This document shows positions 12,399-28,724 of a stretch of DNA of 52,674 nt, one piece after another; the first letter of the stretch is position 1, and each line of letters opens with the position of its first letter. Made by a program: the position numbers and the translations under genes. Source of the stretch: Nemertoderma westbladi (lineage: Eukaryota; Animalia; Xenacoelomorpha). The stretch covers positions 1 through 52,674 of the forward strand of contig JAUCBJ010001329.1 in assembly GCA_032718475.1 (NCBI GenBank). The letters are read 5' to 3'. The notes below the pieces were generated by a model that was not told where the DNA came from, did no database searches, and saw only the letters and a list, made by a program, of their open reading frames with translations.

Positions 12399-13807
12399 TC
12401 AACTTTTTTTCAAGCGAGCTCGACCTTGCACTTTAATACGGTTGGATGGAAACTGAGGTCGAACTGGGCTCGGGCTCTGGCGTCGAATTGTCTGCGGTTC
12501 TAAAACGCTGGGAAATGGAATGACTGGCATCTCGCACATCCGTCGGGGCAAAGCGAATCCTGACCTTCTGCGTCCAGTCACGCACTTTTGGTAGAATGCG
12601 CTCCGGTATGCCCAAGCAATAGAATGCCAGGCTCCCCAATTTCGATGTTCGACTCGCAACTTGTTATCTGGTTCACCACAGTTTGAAAGTTTCAAGTGTT
12701 CTTGTTGTCTGGGTGAACTTGGAGGAAATAATCGCGTAAGACCTTGAATCCGCTATCTAATGGCAATATGTCGAGTACCTCCAATAACTCGTCATACTGA
12801 GGCATCGCTGATACAGATCCCTCCTTCAACATTATTAGAGGGTTGATGGCCCAGAATCCTAAATGTGCCCTCATAGGGAAACGTCGTCGTTGCGTCGACA
12901 CATGCTTGTCCGCTAGGTCCTCCCAATGGTTAAATAGCTGCCACATTATCTTTACTGACATATGCTCATATGGGACGTCTCGGAGTTGACATTCCGACGT
13001 TCTGTGTCCTTTGATGTTACAGTAGGTGCATTGAGCTACAAAGCGCCAACAGGTGTAGAAAGTGTGGGACCACTGATCCCCACACCAGTTGCACACTAAA
13101 TCTGGTAGAGAAATGTGCTTTGCTCCACATTTCTTGGTGTGATGCCCTGTAGCCCCACATCTGCCGCAAATGGTGTTGGCAGGGTACCAAACGCGTTCGT
13201 AGATGAGCTCTCCTATAGGGTGAGTGCTACCGTCCATGTGATAGTCTTCATCATCGTGGTCAGTCGGTACGTTCGTCTCCGTGGGTTGTACACAAACCAT
13301 GGCGTCGCTCTTCTCGAGCTCGCAGATCTCGGTTCGCATCTTCCTTGGAAGATTCTCCTCTATCTCAATAACTTGCCCCAACGTCTCGTCGATTATCGTG
13401 GACTCGGTTGGATCTTCATCAGGATGATGAACGCGCCTTCCATGATCCTTGCTGGTCCTTAATCTCCGCGTGGTGTTCCGCGTTGTAGGGTACTAAGGTT
13501 AGCATCAACGGTCTGTCGACTAGACTTCCCGCGTGGGTAAGATAAATGTCGTGAAAAACGCTGAATCCCGCGCGTGTGAAAACATCACAGTGGGCGTTGG
13601 TGTTATAGAATGGTTGAAGGAATCGGCGAAATACTTCCATATGTGTCCTCCCTCCCTCGTAAACTTATCTAAACTATGTCCCTCTCCAAGACATAACAGG
13701 TGTCGCTTTAGAGTCCTAGAAACTATATCGGCGATGAAACATACGTTGACCAATGACTCTATAGCCAAATAATATTGTAGGATTATCCGCGGAAGTGAGG
13801 TAATCAC
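12399..13807 (-). pseudogene. Frameshifted ORF encoding three CCHC zinc knuckles, probably retroelement-derived
   Basis: ORF 12692-13381 contains CGRCGATGHHTKKC, CNWCGDQWSHTFYTC and CTYCNIKGHRTSEC. Same-strand neighbouring ORFs (13520-13807, 13419-13640, 12433-12639) look like frameshifted pieces of one reading frame. Confidence 0.55.
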
Positions 13808-13849
13808 TCAGTATACACACCCTCTCCATTTCAACTGTGATTCAAACTT

Positions 13850-13949
13850 GTTGACGTTAGGGGACTTCACACCTGCCGAACTCCAAAGAAGCATTAAATA
13901 AAGCATGTCCAATAATAAAGCGAGTGGATTAGATTAAATCCTAGCGGAG
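13850..13949 (+). mobile_element. RTE-clade LINE family B, 5' piece (split by the LTR element)
   Basis: Reads GDFTPAELQRSIK..MSNNKASGLD*ILAE and continues as VWKTGVLN at 21445. Confidence 0.75.
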
Positions 13950-15294
13950 AGTAAGCGGATTCAATTCCCATCATTGTCCACCCTAAAATGACACCAGTGG
14001 CATTTTACCAATATAGTTGGCGATGCGAGATTACCAATAATTAATCTCGCCTCATAACCAACTCGGGGGGGGGGGGGGACGCACGCCCTAAGCCACAGAG
14101 AGAGGTGAGAGGTCAAACCACCTCTGAGGGAAAACCCAGCTAGCGAGGTTAGCATCAGGGAGTAACACCTACCGGAAGTGCCGAAGTGACAATTAGTATA
14201 TAAGCCAATAGCGGGCAGGGGAGCACATGTGGAAAGACAGCAGGGCATCTATTGGGTATCAAAGGCCACAGTAGTGTAGAGGTGAAACCAATATTTATCA
14301 ATCATATAGATACCCTGATTACTGATTTACCGGTCAGTTCATTATTACACAGTTGCGGACCGGCATAGTTTTGGCCGTCATTTTATAGTCTTTGTAACTT
14401 ATACTACTATACTACTGCTGTTGCCATTTGTGTTATAATCTATATTATTTCATATTCAACTGCGCTGTTAATACTGGAATCATTAATACTGAGAAATACA
14501 AACTCTGTTATTTTCCCAACGGCCTTCGGCCAAAGATACCAGCCCAGCAGACCAGCAGCTAATTGATGCGTAGAGTCTTACCCGGTCGGGATCATAGAAC
14601 TCAATTCCGTCACAGTCAACACTTCTGACAATTAAACTGGGATTGCAATCAACAAGAGGCCCAAGATGAGCGAACAAACGCCCCGAGAATCGGAGGGAGA
14701 AAGAACGCCGCTGCGGACCCCGGACGACACCAACCAAACCATCCGAGAGACAGTGACGAGATGATACCGGCCCACCACCCCGGATTCGCCAACGAGGGAC
14801 GATCCGGAAACCCAAGAGGAGGGCAGCCGACGAGCAACCAGAGGGAAAGTCACCAACATGTTGACGCGAGATGACGACAGCGGTCGGAGTACTGAAGTCG
14901 CCGGCCAACCACAGGCCGAGGGTGACGAACGGCCCACCGGAATGGCAATGGTGGGGCCGACGGTATGACGCCGGACGAGGAGGGAAGGTAGAGTCAACGA
15001 GCAGGATGTCGGGACGGGTGATCGCCTACGATGAGCGTACAATGCCACGAAGAAACTACTAAAAGACGTTAAGGAGGGGAGAAAGGTAGACCAGCCTAAA
15101 CTATAGCAGAGGCTAGGTGTGTCTTACAAACATTTTCATTATTTAGTCTGTTTTGGACACGGAGAACTGGCACGTGAGAGGGAGATGGGGGTCACCACAG
15201 AACTGTTTGAATTGTGGCGGTCCGAGGTGATGGAAACAGACGTAGTGTACGTAGGGCCTTACTTAGTGGATGCCAGGGGAATTAAGTTAGTGGG

Positions 15295-18485
<3,191 letters not shown>

Positions 18486-19872
18486 AGACAGTCACTACCG
18501 TACGCGGCAACACAGGGGACTACAAGTCCACAGACAGCTGTGAGTAGCGCCACACTGTGACAAGGACAGAAACAAAACAACAACACGAACAAATATAATC
18601 CCAACACCCCCAGTAGGCCGAGTCCAAACAACCAAAACATTGCTCCCGGCCAGCGCGAATCACAATGTTGTAAACCGGGCCAACAATAGGGGCAAAGAAC
18701 TCAGATGGTTCCCAAAGACGGGAGAAGCGAACTAAGACTCAGGAACAGTGGTGTGGGTCTGCCTGGAAGGCACCACATGTAGGAAAGAGTACGAACTGCT
18801 CAGTGCAAATAATCAACTGCAATTAGAATGTAGGTATGTAAAATAATTAATTAATGATAAAAATATATAATCAATGTAAGTACTATAGTCATATATTTAA
18901 CCTTTTCCAACTAGCTACTGGGATTGGGGACGAATTGACTACGATAGGAGGACGAGACATTAGACGGATCCCATTTATCAAGTGTGGCCACACTAATGAG
19001 AATGTGGGAGCCTGACAGAAGGGTACGGAGGATGGGAATAAAATATCGGTTGAGTACAGGGGAATCGGGGGAAGTACAGGGAAGTACCAGGATGTAAGGA
19101 AGTGGAAAGAGTGCAATTCAAGTGTGGGGAGCGAGCATGGAGGAGGATGAGTCCCAAGGGACTGGTGAGAGAGGAAGGGACAAAGGTCCGTGAGGAATAT
19201 TTGAGGAAGATTTGAGGAAGGTTAGAGAAAAATTGTGTGGAGAGTGAGCACAATGGTCTCAAACAGAGACACCAGATACCTCAGTGCAACATAGCTCGCG
19301 ATTGCACCAAGGATGGGTAGTAATAACAGACCCGGGGGGGGGGGGGGGGGGGGGGTCTGGAAAGCCGACCCCAATTAAAGAACTCCACCCCACACCCAAT
19401 ATTAGATTGGGTTCCAGCAGAATTGAAGCGCACTTAAGGTTGATGCTATCTTCTCACCGGGAAGATAGCATGGGGGGGTGTAAGCGGATTCAATTCCCTT
19501 CATTCTCCACCCTAAAATGGGACCAGTGGCATTTTACCAATATAGTTGGCGATGCGAGATTACCAATATTTAATCTCGCCTCATAACCAACACGGGGGGG
19601 GGGGGGCGACGCACGCCCTAAGCCACAAAGAGAGGTGAGAGGTCAAACCACCTCAGAGGGAAAACCCAGCTAGCGAGGCTAGAATCAGGGAGTAACACCT
19701 ACAGGGAGTGCCGAAGTGACAATTAGTATATAAGCAACTAGCGGGCAGGGGGGCACGTGGGGAAGGACAGCAGGGCATCCATTGGGTATCAAAGACCACA
19801 GTAGTGTAGAGGTGAAACCAATATGTATCAATCATATAGATACCCTGATGACTGATCTACCGGTCAGTTCAT

Positions 19873-21167
19873 GTTCGCGCTTTCAGACCTTTAGCAGTTT
19901 AACATGCCAATTTTAGGTGTCCTCTTGTTTATAAATCGACTTTAGCCTATAACAATTATTTAATGCACATGAAGTAACATTAGCCGAAGCCAGTCTATGC
20001 GCGATCATTCACCCACAGTTAAGGGAGACTGGATTCGGGTGCTTTGAAGTTATTGCGTTGCAGACCTACTGTATTATTCGATTGATCGTTACTATAATAT
20101 CTCTGACAATATTATTCACTTTCGGGGAAATATTAACAGTTCCTTTAGGACGTGGCGCTTTAAGTATAAAAACAGAGTTATGACTTATACTAAACACAAC
20201 GAGATGGCTACTGATTTTCGTAAATAGCGCATTCTTTAGGAGATGCTTTATTATCTGTCACACTACTGCACACGACTTCACACTGTTTCACAGTGATCTG
20301 CCGACCGTCACTGAATTTAACCATATATAAGGAGGATAGCAACTGACACATGTAGGGATTATGAAATAGCATTTAATGCACACTAAAACCACTGTAATGT
20401 AAGTCGCAATTGCTACCGGTAACCGGTCCCTCTAACCTTTAGTAATCAAGAAGATTGGGGGTTTTATGATTATTTATCGATATTCTCTAAATATAACAGC
20501 ATATCCATCAACATATAACCATTAATAACAGACAGTAAACAGAAGTAAAATAATGCGGTGATAGTCAGCCAGTATCGGTAATACCGGTACCGCAGGTGCC
20601 AAGTGACCAGTTGTTATGGTTAGTTGCACAGTGCAGTAGGGCCAGGTGTTATTCAGTTGGTGGCCAGTCAGTAGGTGCAGCCAGGTGCAGATAATAGATT
20701 TACGTTCTTATAATCAAAGCCGTCTAATGTTGGCCAAAGTCTGAAACTTCCAACACAGAAGTACAGAAGAATTTCCAAGCAGTTGTTCTCGCTCAGAAAG
20801 GTAAACAAAGACCGTAATGCATTGCGCGGTTTTCCGTAGGCCTCTGTGCAAGATAAAATGAAAATCGCTCTGATTGGCTGTGCGAGCTGAACAAAGAGGT
20901 TCCACATCAACAGTAAATCAGCTGACAGATTTCGTCATCTGAACTACAATCTATTTAGAGTATTAGCGCATTGCGGCATAAAATGGCTTGTTATGTCCGC
21001 TAAAATACCCACACAGTACATTGCGGAGAAAATGGCTTGTTATGTCCGCTAAAACACCTTCACGGTACATTGCGGAGAAAATGGCTTGTTATGTCCGCTA
21101 AAACACCTACACAGTATATTGCGGAGAAAAATGACCTGTTATATCCGCAAAAGCTTTTACAGTTCAT
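19873..21167. mobile_element. Unclassified 1.3-kb insertion in the 3' LTR with an 8-bp direct duplication
   Basis: CAGTTCAT at 19865-19872 and 21160-21167; removing the insert restores the 5' LTR sequence. Four ~49-bp tandem units at 20969-21150; no TIR or tail. Confidence 0.8.
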
Positions 21168-21444
21168 TATTACACAGTTGCGGACCGGCATAATATTGAC
21201 CGTCATTTTATAGTCTTTGTAACTTATACTACTATACCGTTGCTGTTGCCATTTGTATTACAATCTATATTATTTCATATTCAACTGCGCTGTTAATACT
21301 GGAATCATTAACACTGAGAAACACAAACTCTGTTATTTTCCCAACGGCCTTCGGCCAAAGATACCAGCCCAGCAAACCAGCAGCTAAGTGACGCGTACAG
21401 TCTTACCCGGTCGGGATCATAGAACTCAATCCCGTCACAGGGAG

Positions 21445-22175
21445 GTATGGAAAACAGGAGTGCTAAACAGACCATTGTTGAATGTTTGCAACCGGATGTT
21501 AAAAGGGGAAAAGCCACCACCAATTTGGACTAAAGGTCAACTAAAGCCTCTCCCCAAGAAAGGAGACCGCGGCATACCAACAAACTATCGTGGGATCTGT
21601 CTGCTTGTGGTAGCTGCCAAAATATACAATAAAATGATTCTATATAGGATTAGGCCTCACATAGAGAAACCACTGCGTAAGAGCCAAAACGGATTTCGAC
21701 CAAGTAGATCAACAATAGCTCAGATACTTGCACTACGGAGACTGATTGAAGGAATTAAGTCAAAGAATCTCCCCGCAGTCATGACTTTTGTGGACTTCAA
21801 GAAGGCATTCGACTCCATCCATAGAGGTAAAATGCTTGAAATCCTAAGAGTTTATGGAATACCAGAAGTAATTGTTGCTGGCATTGCATTGTTATATAGT
21901 GACACAGAAGCGCAGGTACTCTCACCAGATGGTGAAACTGAGTTTTTCTCAATCCTGGCTGGCGTACTGCAAGGTGACACATTAGCACCATTACTATTTG
22001 TAATCGTGCTGGATTACGCAATGAGGACGGCCACAAAGGGTAAAGATCTGGGATTCACCGACTTTGCGGATGACATAGCCCTGTTCTCTAATACGCTAGC
22101 AGGTGCACGGCTTCTACTAAATGAAGTGGAGAGGGCTGCTAAGGAGGTTGGATTGCATATAAATGCTACCAAGTA
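21445..22175 (+). mobile_element. RTE-clade LINE family B, RT fragment
   Basis: PLPKKGD..NYRGICLL..QNGFRPSRST..FVDFKKAFDSIHR..GVLQGDTLAPLLF..DFADDIAL. Confidence 0.93.
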
Positions 22176-22445
22176 CTTCAACATCTTCTTCTATCGGTGC
22201 CGGTACGGGTGCCGGTACAATAGACTCACTGAATACTCTACTCTGTAGGCTTACTACCGTACTGGAGTAATCCATAATCATGCAACGGGTAATCAGTGTT
22301 ATTGTACATGGGTTATGGGTAGAACGTCATGTTAAGTTATCGACATTATAAATGCCACTAAATTTTAAATCTATTATTACACCTAGTTAACTTCAATATC
22401 TTTTTCACTTGGATGTATGGATGATTATTTTTAGACGACCTACCG

Positions 22446-22520
22446 GTTTTCGTCTGTTTTCCCTACATTCCAACTGTTTTCGCTTGTTTTCACCTGTTTT
22501 CGCCTGTTTTCGACTGTTGT
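22446..22520. repeat. Short tandem repeat (ctgttttcgc)n
   Basis: Visible 10-bp periodicity. Confidence 0.6.
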
Positions 22521-23289
22521 CACAATCTAGTACTATCCCATATATTGAAAGAGCATCGGCATAGAAAAGGTAATTTGAGCAAAATACATTCACACACTGA
22601 AAAGTTATTGCAACTGGGTTAATTGCAAGTGTCTGCAAAGCGAACTCCAACACGGACCTCATTATCCAATATTGGTTTATGTTGTTAAACGGCTCTCTAG
22701 TTACGTAATAAATATTCGAGAACACTAAATGGAAAAAAGTAAACATTTTTTTCAATATTCTCTCGACCCTTTATTAATCACAAGACGCTCGGTAAATAAA
22801 ATGCCCCGAGAATAATGAAAAAAAGCTCTACTTTTTTCCTATGTAATAAATAATTATTTTTAAATTATATGAAACGGACTTAGCTATATAAAAATTAGTT
22901 TTATATTTGTAATAAGTTAGGAACCCGACTAACTCCCCAGTTATTTATTTTACAATTTTTCTTGGGTGCAATTATTGTTCGGTTTGTGTTATTGGGTTGC
23001 TATTTCCCGTGGGGCAATTGTCCGGGGGGCAATATTCACTGATTCCGACGTACGAGCGTAACAGCAGCTGTTGACAAAGGTTTATCAACAAAGGAAATAA
23101 AGTGCGACATTTCGTCTGGAAGCAAGAAACAACGGCAACTAAATACGTAAAATAGAGCAAGGCGAAGTTGGTACCAGGAAAGGTGCTAAGATATTTCATG
23201 TAATATCGTCTGTAATCTACTAAGGCTGTTATTTGAGCTGTGAGTGGAGATTCAACTTCTCGCGGTGAACCAACAATATTCTGTCACCA

Positions 23290-25608
23290 TATGTCTCGCA
23301 GGCTTCCTCAAGGGTACATGTGCGATCAAAATAGAGGGAAGTCGCCTTAGTTTCTTTGATACAATCAAGATAAGCCTCGGGTGAAGCGGTTTACATGACG
23401 CTCTAATTCATGCCAAGACAGACAATGTGAATCAGAGTGATGTTGACAAATTTGGGCAACTTACCATTCTCCCCGCCAGGTTAGTATGACTTTACATTAA
23501 GTTCTGTATTATAATTTAATTTTAGATGCCCCGCTGTTATTTCCTTGGCAATTCATACAGACGGGCAGCAGAATAGGCCTATTGTGTTTCACGATGGTCA
23601 GGCAGAAAAGGCAGTGAGTAATGCTAAAGACACTTCACTCCTAGCTTTTTTGAAGCTAAACCAGATAGAGCCTTCTGCTAGGCAGTATATACCAGCACTA
23701 TGTGTGGTCTAATAACAAACATGGATGTTGCGTAAGAAGCAACCAGATGAGGACGCTGTACCAAGGATGATTGGTCGAATTAACAATGTCAGCACCACAC
23801 AGGGTGAGCGATTTTACCTGAAGATGGTGCTCAGTCATATTCGGGGTCCGCAATCATAAAAGAACTTGATGTTCTACGAACGTAAACAGTATAGTACATT
23901 CAAGGAGACGGCAATGCAAATGGGATTGCTAGAGGATGACTTTGAATGGAAGCAGGCTCTCACTGATATAACTGAATTCATACATATAACTGAATGCATA
24001 AAGCTCTACAGCAGGCAGATCAGCGCCGCCATACTTCAATATTGCCTCCCAACGAAACATATTATTCGAGCAATATATAAACTCCACTGAATGTTGACAT
24101 CATATAGGATGAGATGAAGAAAATTCACTGTTCTGGGGACACTGGGGACATTTTGGACAGTTGAAGACAAAGTTCTGTCTTTGATAAATTATTAACTGAA
24201 TCAGATGATATCAGATTGGAGCCTAAGTTGAACGAGGCACAGTCAGCGCTATATGGAGAGATCTACCAAGCAGTAAATGCTGAAACTTTGGGTGATGGGC
24301 CACAAAACAATTAATTCTAAATTATCTTGGTGGATACGGAGAAACATTTGCATTCACCTTTATTAGTGCCAATATAAGGGCTGAGGGAGGAATTGTACTC
24401 ATGGTGGCCAGCACAGGTACAGCTGCACAGAATCTGGAAGGGGGAAGGACAGCACATAGACGTTTCAAAATTACAATCAACATAATGGAAGACTCCACAT
24501 GCAATATCCAAGCACAGAGTGATATAGCAAAGCTGATCAGGACATGTTCGCTCATCATCTGAGACAAGATTTTCAGTGTGCACCGGTTTATTATTGAGTG
24601 CGTGGAAAGGAGTCCTAATGGACTGTGATGAGCCTTGGGTGAAAATGTGGTTTGTCTTGACGGCGACCCCAGACAGACTCTGCCAGGTGCGAAGATGGTT
24701 GGTCGACCTCAGATAGTTCGATCATGTTTCAAAATATCTCATCTGTACACTTGCAAGAAGGAATATAGGCTGAAACAAAACATGCAGACAAAACATCCAG
24801 TTGAGATGGAATTATCCAGTTACCTTCTCAAGTTGGGGGAAGGATGTGAAAAGATATATAAAGAGGAGGGTGAGAACAAGATTAAAATACCATTAAATAC
24901 CATTAAAAAGTAGTTCAAACCTTACATTAAGAGATTTGGAGTATGGCTGTAATGGATGCGACAATATAATGAATGGCGCTATTATTATACTCCATTAAAC
25001 AAGAATGTCAAATAAATCAATGAACAATGCATCAGCAAATATCCTGGTGAGTCCAAGCAATATCTGTCCGCCGATTCAATCCTTGAAGGCGACAACAACA
25101 GAGATGCTCTCAGGTAGGGCTATCATCGAGTGTGATGTTGCCGTTGGGACGAACAAGGGTCTACGAGTATTCCTGCCCAGGATTCCGCAACATGACAGGA
25201 GTGATGAGCTTCCCTTCATTATTGTCAGGAGACAATTTCCAATCAGGTAAATATTCAATTCACACAAAAATTTACAAACAGATTAAGATATTTTCATCAT
25301 ATTTTTGATATACCCTTAATGGTTATCAAAATAATGGTAGTATTGTACATTCAGTCGTGGATTCCAGTTTCCTAGAGATTACCTTTATTAAAAGTTTTGT
25401 TCCAGATGATTCCAGATGGTTCCTGGTGATACTTCACGCTGGAAATGCATCATTCTGAATACCAAACCTTTTAAAATTAACATTGAGAAAATGCGATAGT
25501 TATAAAATATCACATTTTATTTTTAGTAACCGCGAAAAAACTCTAATCTTCAATTAATTTAATGCACAGGTTGGCGTTTGGAGGTACAATTAATAAAGGT
25601 CAGGGCAG
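23290..25608 (+). mobile_element. Degenerate Helitron RepHel (Pif1-like helicase) gene with spliceosomal introns
   Basis: KIEGSRL..GLHDAL..GQLTILP; IGRINNV..GERFYLKMVL..STFKETAMQMGLLEDDFEW; VASTGTAAQNLEGGRTAHRRFKI; GDPRQTLP; VFLPRIP..RRQFPIR-intron-LAFGGTINKGQG. Many stops and deletions. Confidence 0.9.
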
Positions 25609-25679
25609 TGGCGTCGCAGCATCACCTTGCGCTTCCCTGCAAAATTTTGCCTGCGCCCCCTTAGAATGCATTAAAAAGA

Positions 25680-28215
25680 ATTAAAGGCCCCATTAAAACA
25701 ATTCCCTTTAAGTGAACGATTCAGCCACATAGACTCCGACATTGTCGGACCTTTGCACACAGGAAATGACCACCCCTATAAATATTTAGCAACTTTTATT
25801 GACTGATATACTGGTTGGATTGAAGCCGCTCCTCTCATTTCAGCGACTGCACAATCAGTAGTGAGTGCCTTTATATCCCACGGGATGTCTCGCTTTGGTG
25901 TCCCACTATACTTAACTACTACTACTAGGATCGGCATGCTGCATTGCAGCTGCATTTTTAGGAATGCTGTGCCGGCTTGTCAACAAAATTGCACCGCCAC
26001 AACTCCCTATCACCCATGACATTTGCTAGATCATCCGCATCTTTAAGGCCAGTGTCCTTTAAGATGCGTCTCAAGAAAGTCATGGGCTGTCCACCATGCT
26101 TATTCACTCCACGAGGCTGCCAAAGTACAAGATTATGCACTGGCTGGTCCTCACGGCGAAAGCAATGTCCTGCAAAGCGGAGGCGATTTTGTTCTAGTGT
26201 CAAGCTTGTGGGAACCAATGAGACACCTCCAATGTTATATAGTGTCTGGTTGGAGATGTGTGCATTGTACTTGACACAATGAACCCGGCGTAGCATTCTT
26301 GTGAATGTGCCATCCAGAGATTTGGTGTCCTCAGCAGTTAGAGCCCAGCATGGACTCCCGTAGAGGAGTACTGGAACTACTGCTGCTCTAAATAATCGGA
26401 CCTTAAGTTTCCGTTTAATTCTCGGTGACTTCCAAATCCTGGAAAGCCTATTCAAGGCTGCCCATGCCTTTCCCTTACGTATTCGAAGGTCCTCACCTGA
26501 CTTCCGGATCTATGATCCCAGGTAACAGAAGTCGTCCACATGCTCAAGCATACCATCCTTTGAGCTTATGCTCATCCGATCAGAGACTTGCTGAGGACTT
26601 TCAAAGTTAACTGTCAGAATTTTGGTCTTTCTGGAGTTAATAAAAAGACCAACACTAGAAGCAGCATGTTCTAATGAGCTGAGGAGCCGTTGGGCTCCCT
26701 CTAATGATTCTGAGAGTACTCCTAAGTCATCAGCAAAGTCTAGATCAGTTAGGTACTTGGCAGGATTTCCTCGACTTCTGGAGCCAGTAGGTGGAGTTAT
26801 CATCACCCCATCATCATTATGATGATCTAAGGACATGCGTAGAACATAGTCAACCCCAATAATGAACAAGAATGGTGCAAGTGTGTCTCCTTGGAGGACG
26901 CCCCATAACACTTCAAATGGTTCTGTGTCACCGTCAACAGTAGACACAAATGTTGTCGAACCATCGTATACTGATCTGATTGCTGCAATAATTTCATCAG
27001 GAATCCCATATAATGAAAGTATGCTGAACATACGTGAGCGAGAGACTGAATCAAAGGCCTTGAAGAAGTCAACAAAGATAACAGCCAGATGCCTGTCTTT
27101 CTTTTTTGATAATTCTTCAATTATCCTTCTAAGTGCCAAAATGGGCTCCATGGTCCCACGACCTTTACGGAACCCATTCTAATTTCCACGGAGCAGTTTC
27201 TCAATGGGATCCCTGATGCGATTTAATAGAATCCTATTGTATAGCTTTGCAGCAATCGAGATCAATGAGATTCCCCGAAAAGAACCATAGAGTGTTAGGT
27301 TGCCCTTCTTGGGAACTGGCACCAACTTATTTGTTTTCATTTCTTGTGGGACTCTTGTTGTTCGATACATGTCTACTATGATGGGATAGATGAGCTTTAA
27401 ACACTCAGGTATTTTAAAGACCTCAGGTCAGGTCAGGTAAAAATACTTAACTACCGACAGAGGAAAACAATTCGAATCGGAAATCCTCGACAGTTTATCA
27501 AAACTCAAAGGTTTTCATCGCTTAAGAACTACTTCTTACCACCCCCAAGCGAATGGAAATATTGAGCGCTTTAATCGTGTTTTGAAAACCGCACTCAAAG
27601 CTCGAGGAGATGATTGGTTACAAGTTCTACCAATAATACTGTTCAGCTACCGTATCACCCCTTCCCACGATTTAGACATAACTCCATTCGAGTTGGTACC
27701 TGGAACTTGTGCACTAATTCCAGCTAGTGCAATGGTTCCGACAGATACAACATTTAAGCACGCATTTGTGAGAAATTTACACGAATATATTTCCGAACTA
27801 GGTTATCGCCAAACAACACAGTCTGAAAGAAAACACTCTTCTGGACATCAAACATACGTAGACCCCCTCCCTGAGTAATAGCGACAAAGTTTTTGTTCGG
27901 ATAGATCGAGTTCGCAAACCCCTCGAGGCTCGTTATCAGGGCCCATTTACTGTGATCTGACAAACTATTTCAGATTGCGACCCCCATCGGTGTACAAACT
28001 GTTTCCATAGATCGATGTAAACGATATCTAGGGAACGATAAAACGTAAACATATAAAACAACCACCTCTAGCTCTACTTTACCAATAAACGTGACCAACA
28101 CACCACCAGTGAACGCGACACAGCCGTCACAGTCTGTACCAAATTCTAGAACTACGACCACGCCAGCATAATAATACAATTACTAATCGCAGAGGAAAGA
28201 AAATAGTTCATTTTA
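25680..28215 (+). mobile_element. Ty3/Gypsy integrase fragment, split by an RTE insertion
   Basis: RFSHIDSDIVGPL..YLATFID*YTGWIEAAPL..SRFGVPLYLT | TDRGKQFES..RTTSYHPQANGNIERFNRVLK..RVRKPLEARYQGPF. Confidence 0.88.
25920..27442 (-). mobile_element. 5'-truncated RTE-clade LINE family A with intact 3' end, (TAG)n tail and 12-bp TSD
   Basis: RT ORF pieces 27179-27370, 26510-27151 and 25958-26455; TSD ATACTTAACTAC at 25908-25919 and 27443-27454. Confidence 0.95.
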
Positions 28216-28446
28216 ATCCACCATAATAACTTTATTTCAATATAGGCCTATGGTCATTCCATTTTTCGGCCATGGGAGCTGTGTGACGACTCTGGGAGCT
28301 CAAACTGTGTTGAGCATATCGCGACTCCAGATAGAATTAGTATACAGTAGTTTAGTTGGCGTGCAACTGTATTATGTATTAAGGCTACTGTATTATGTAC
28401 ATTAGAGAATAATATGCACTTGAGTCTGTCGTACATTGACAAATTA

Positions 28447-28677
28447 TTATGATGTGTCACTTTCTGTTGAACGATTAACTTTGAGTATTTCATTTTCAAA
28501 TTGCTGGATTTGGTCCAAAGAATCCAACCGCTGTTTCTTCTTTGCTAATTCAATACGACGTTCAGTTTCTGTGGGACCAGTACTGCGTGGTTGTGGCTTC
28601 TTTATATTTGACTCCATTTCAATTCTCTCTTCACGTCTCCGTGACAACCGCTGTAAACATTCCAATCTTTCCATCGC
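28447..28677 (-). CDS. HOATZ: HOATZ-like cilia/flagella protein, exon 3 of 3
   Basis: Acceptor ttcttag|GCG, phase 0; AMERLECLQRLSRRREERIEME resembles the vertebrate HOATZ C-terminal [22 protein letters not shown] (from recall). Confidence 0.82.
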   Translation of the reverse strand, partial: AMERLECLQRLSRRREERIEMESNIKKPQPRSTGPTETERRIELAKKKQRLDSLDQIQQFENEILKVNRSTESDTS

Positions 28678-28724
28678 CTAAGAATATTTATTCGTATATG
28701 AAGTCAATAAAATAATAGATACAT

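Noticed and set aside
19845-19875. Hammerhead ribozyme core (CTGATGA) in the LTR, as in retrozymes
   Set aside because: No downstream GAAA or cleavage helix, and the 5' LTR has CTGATTA.
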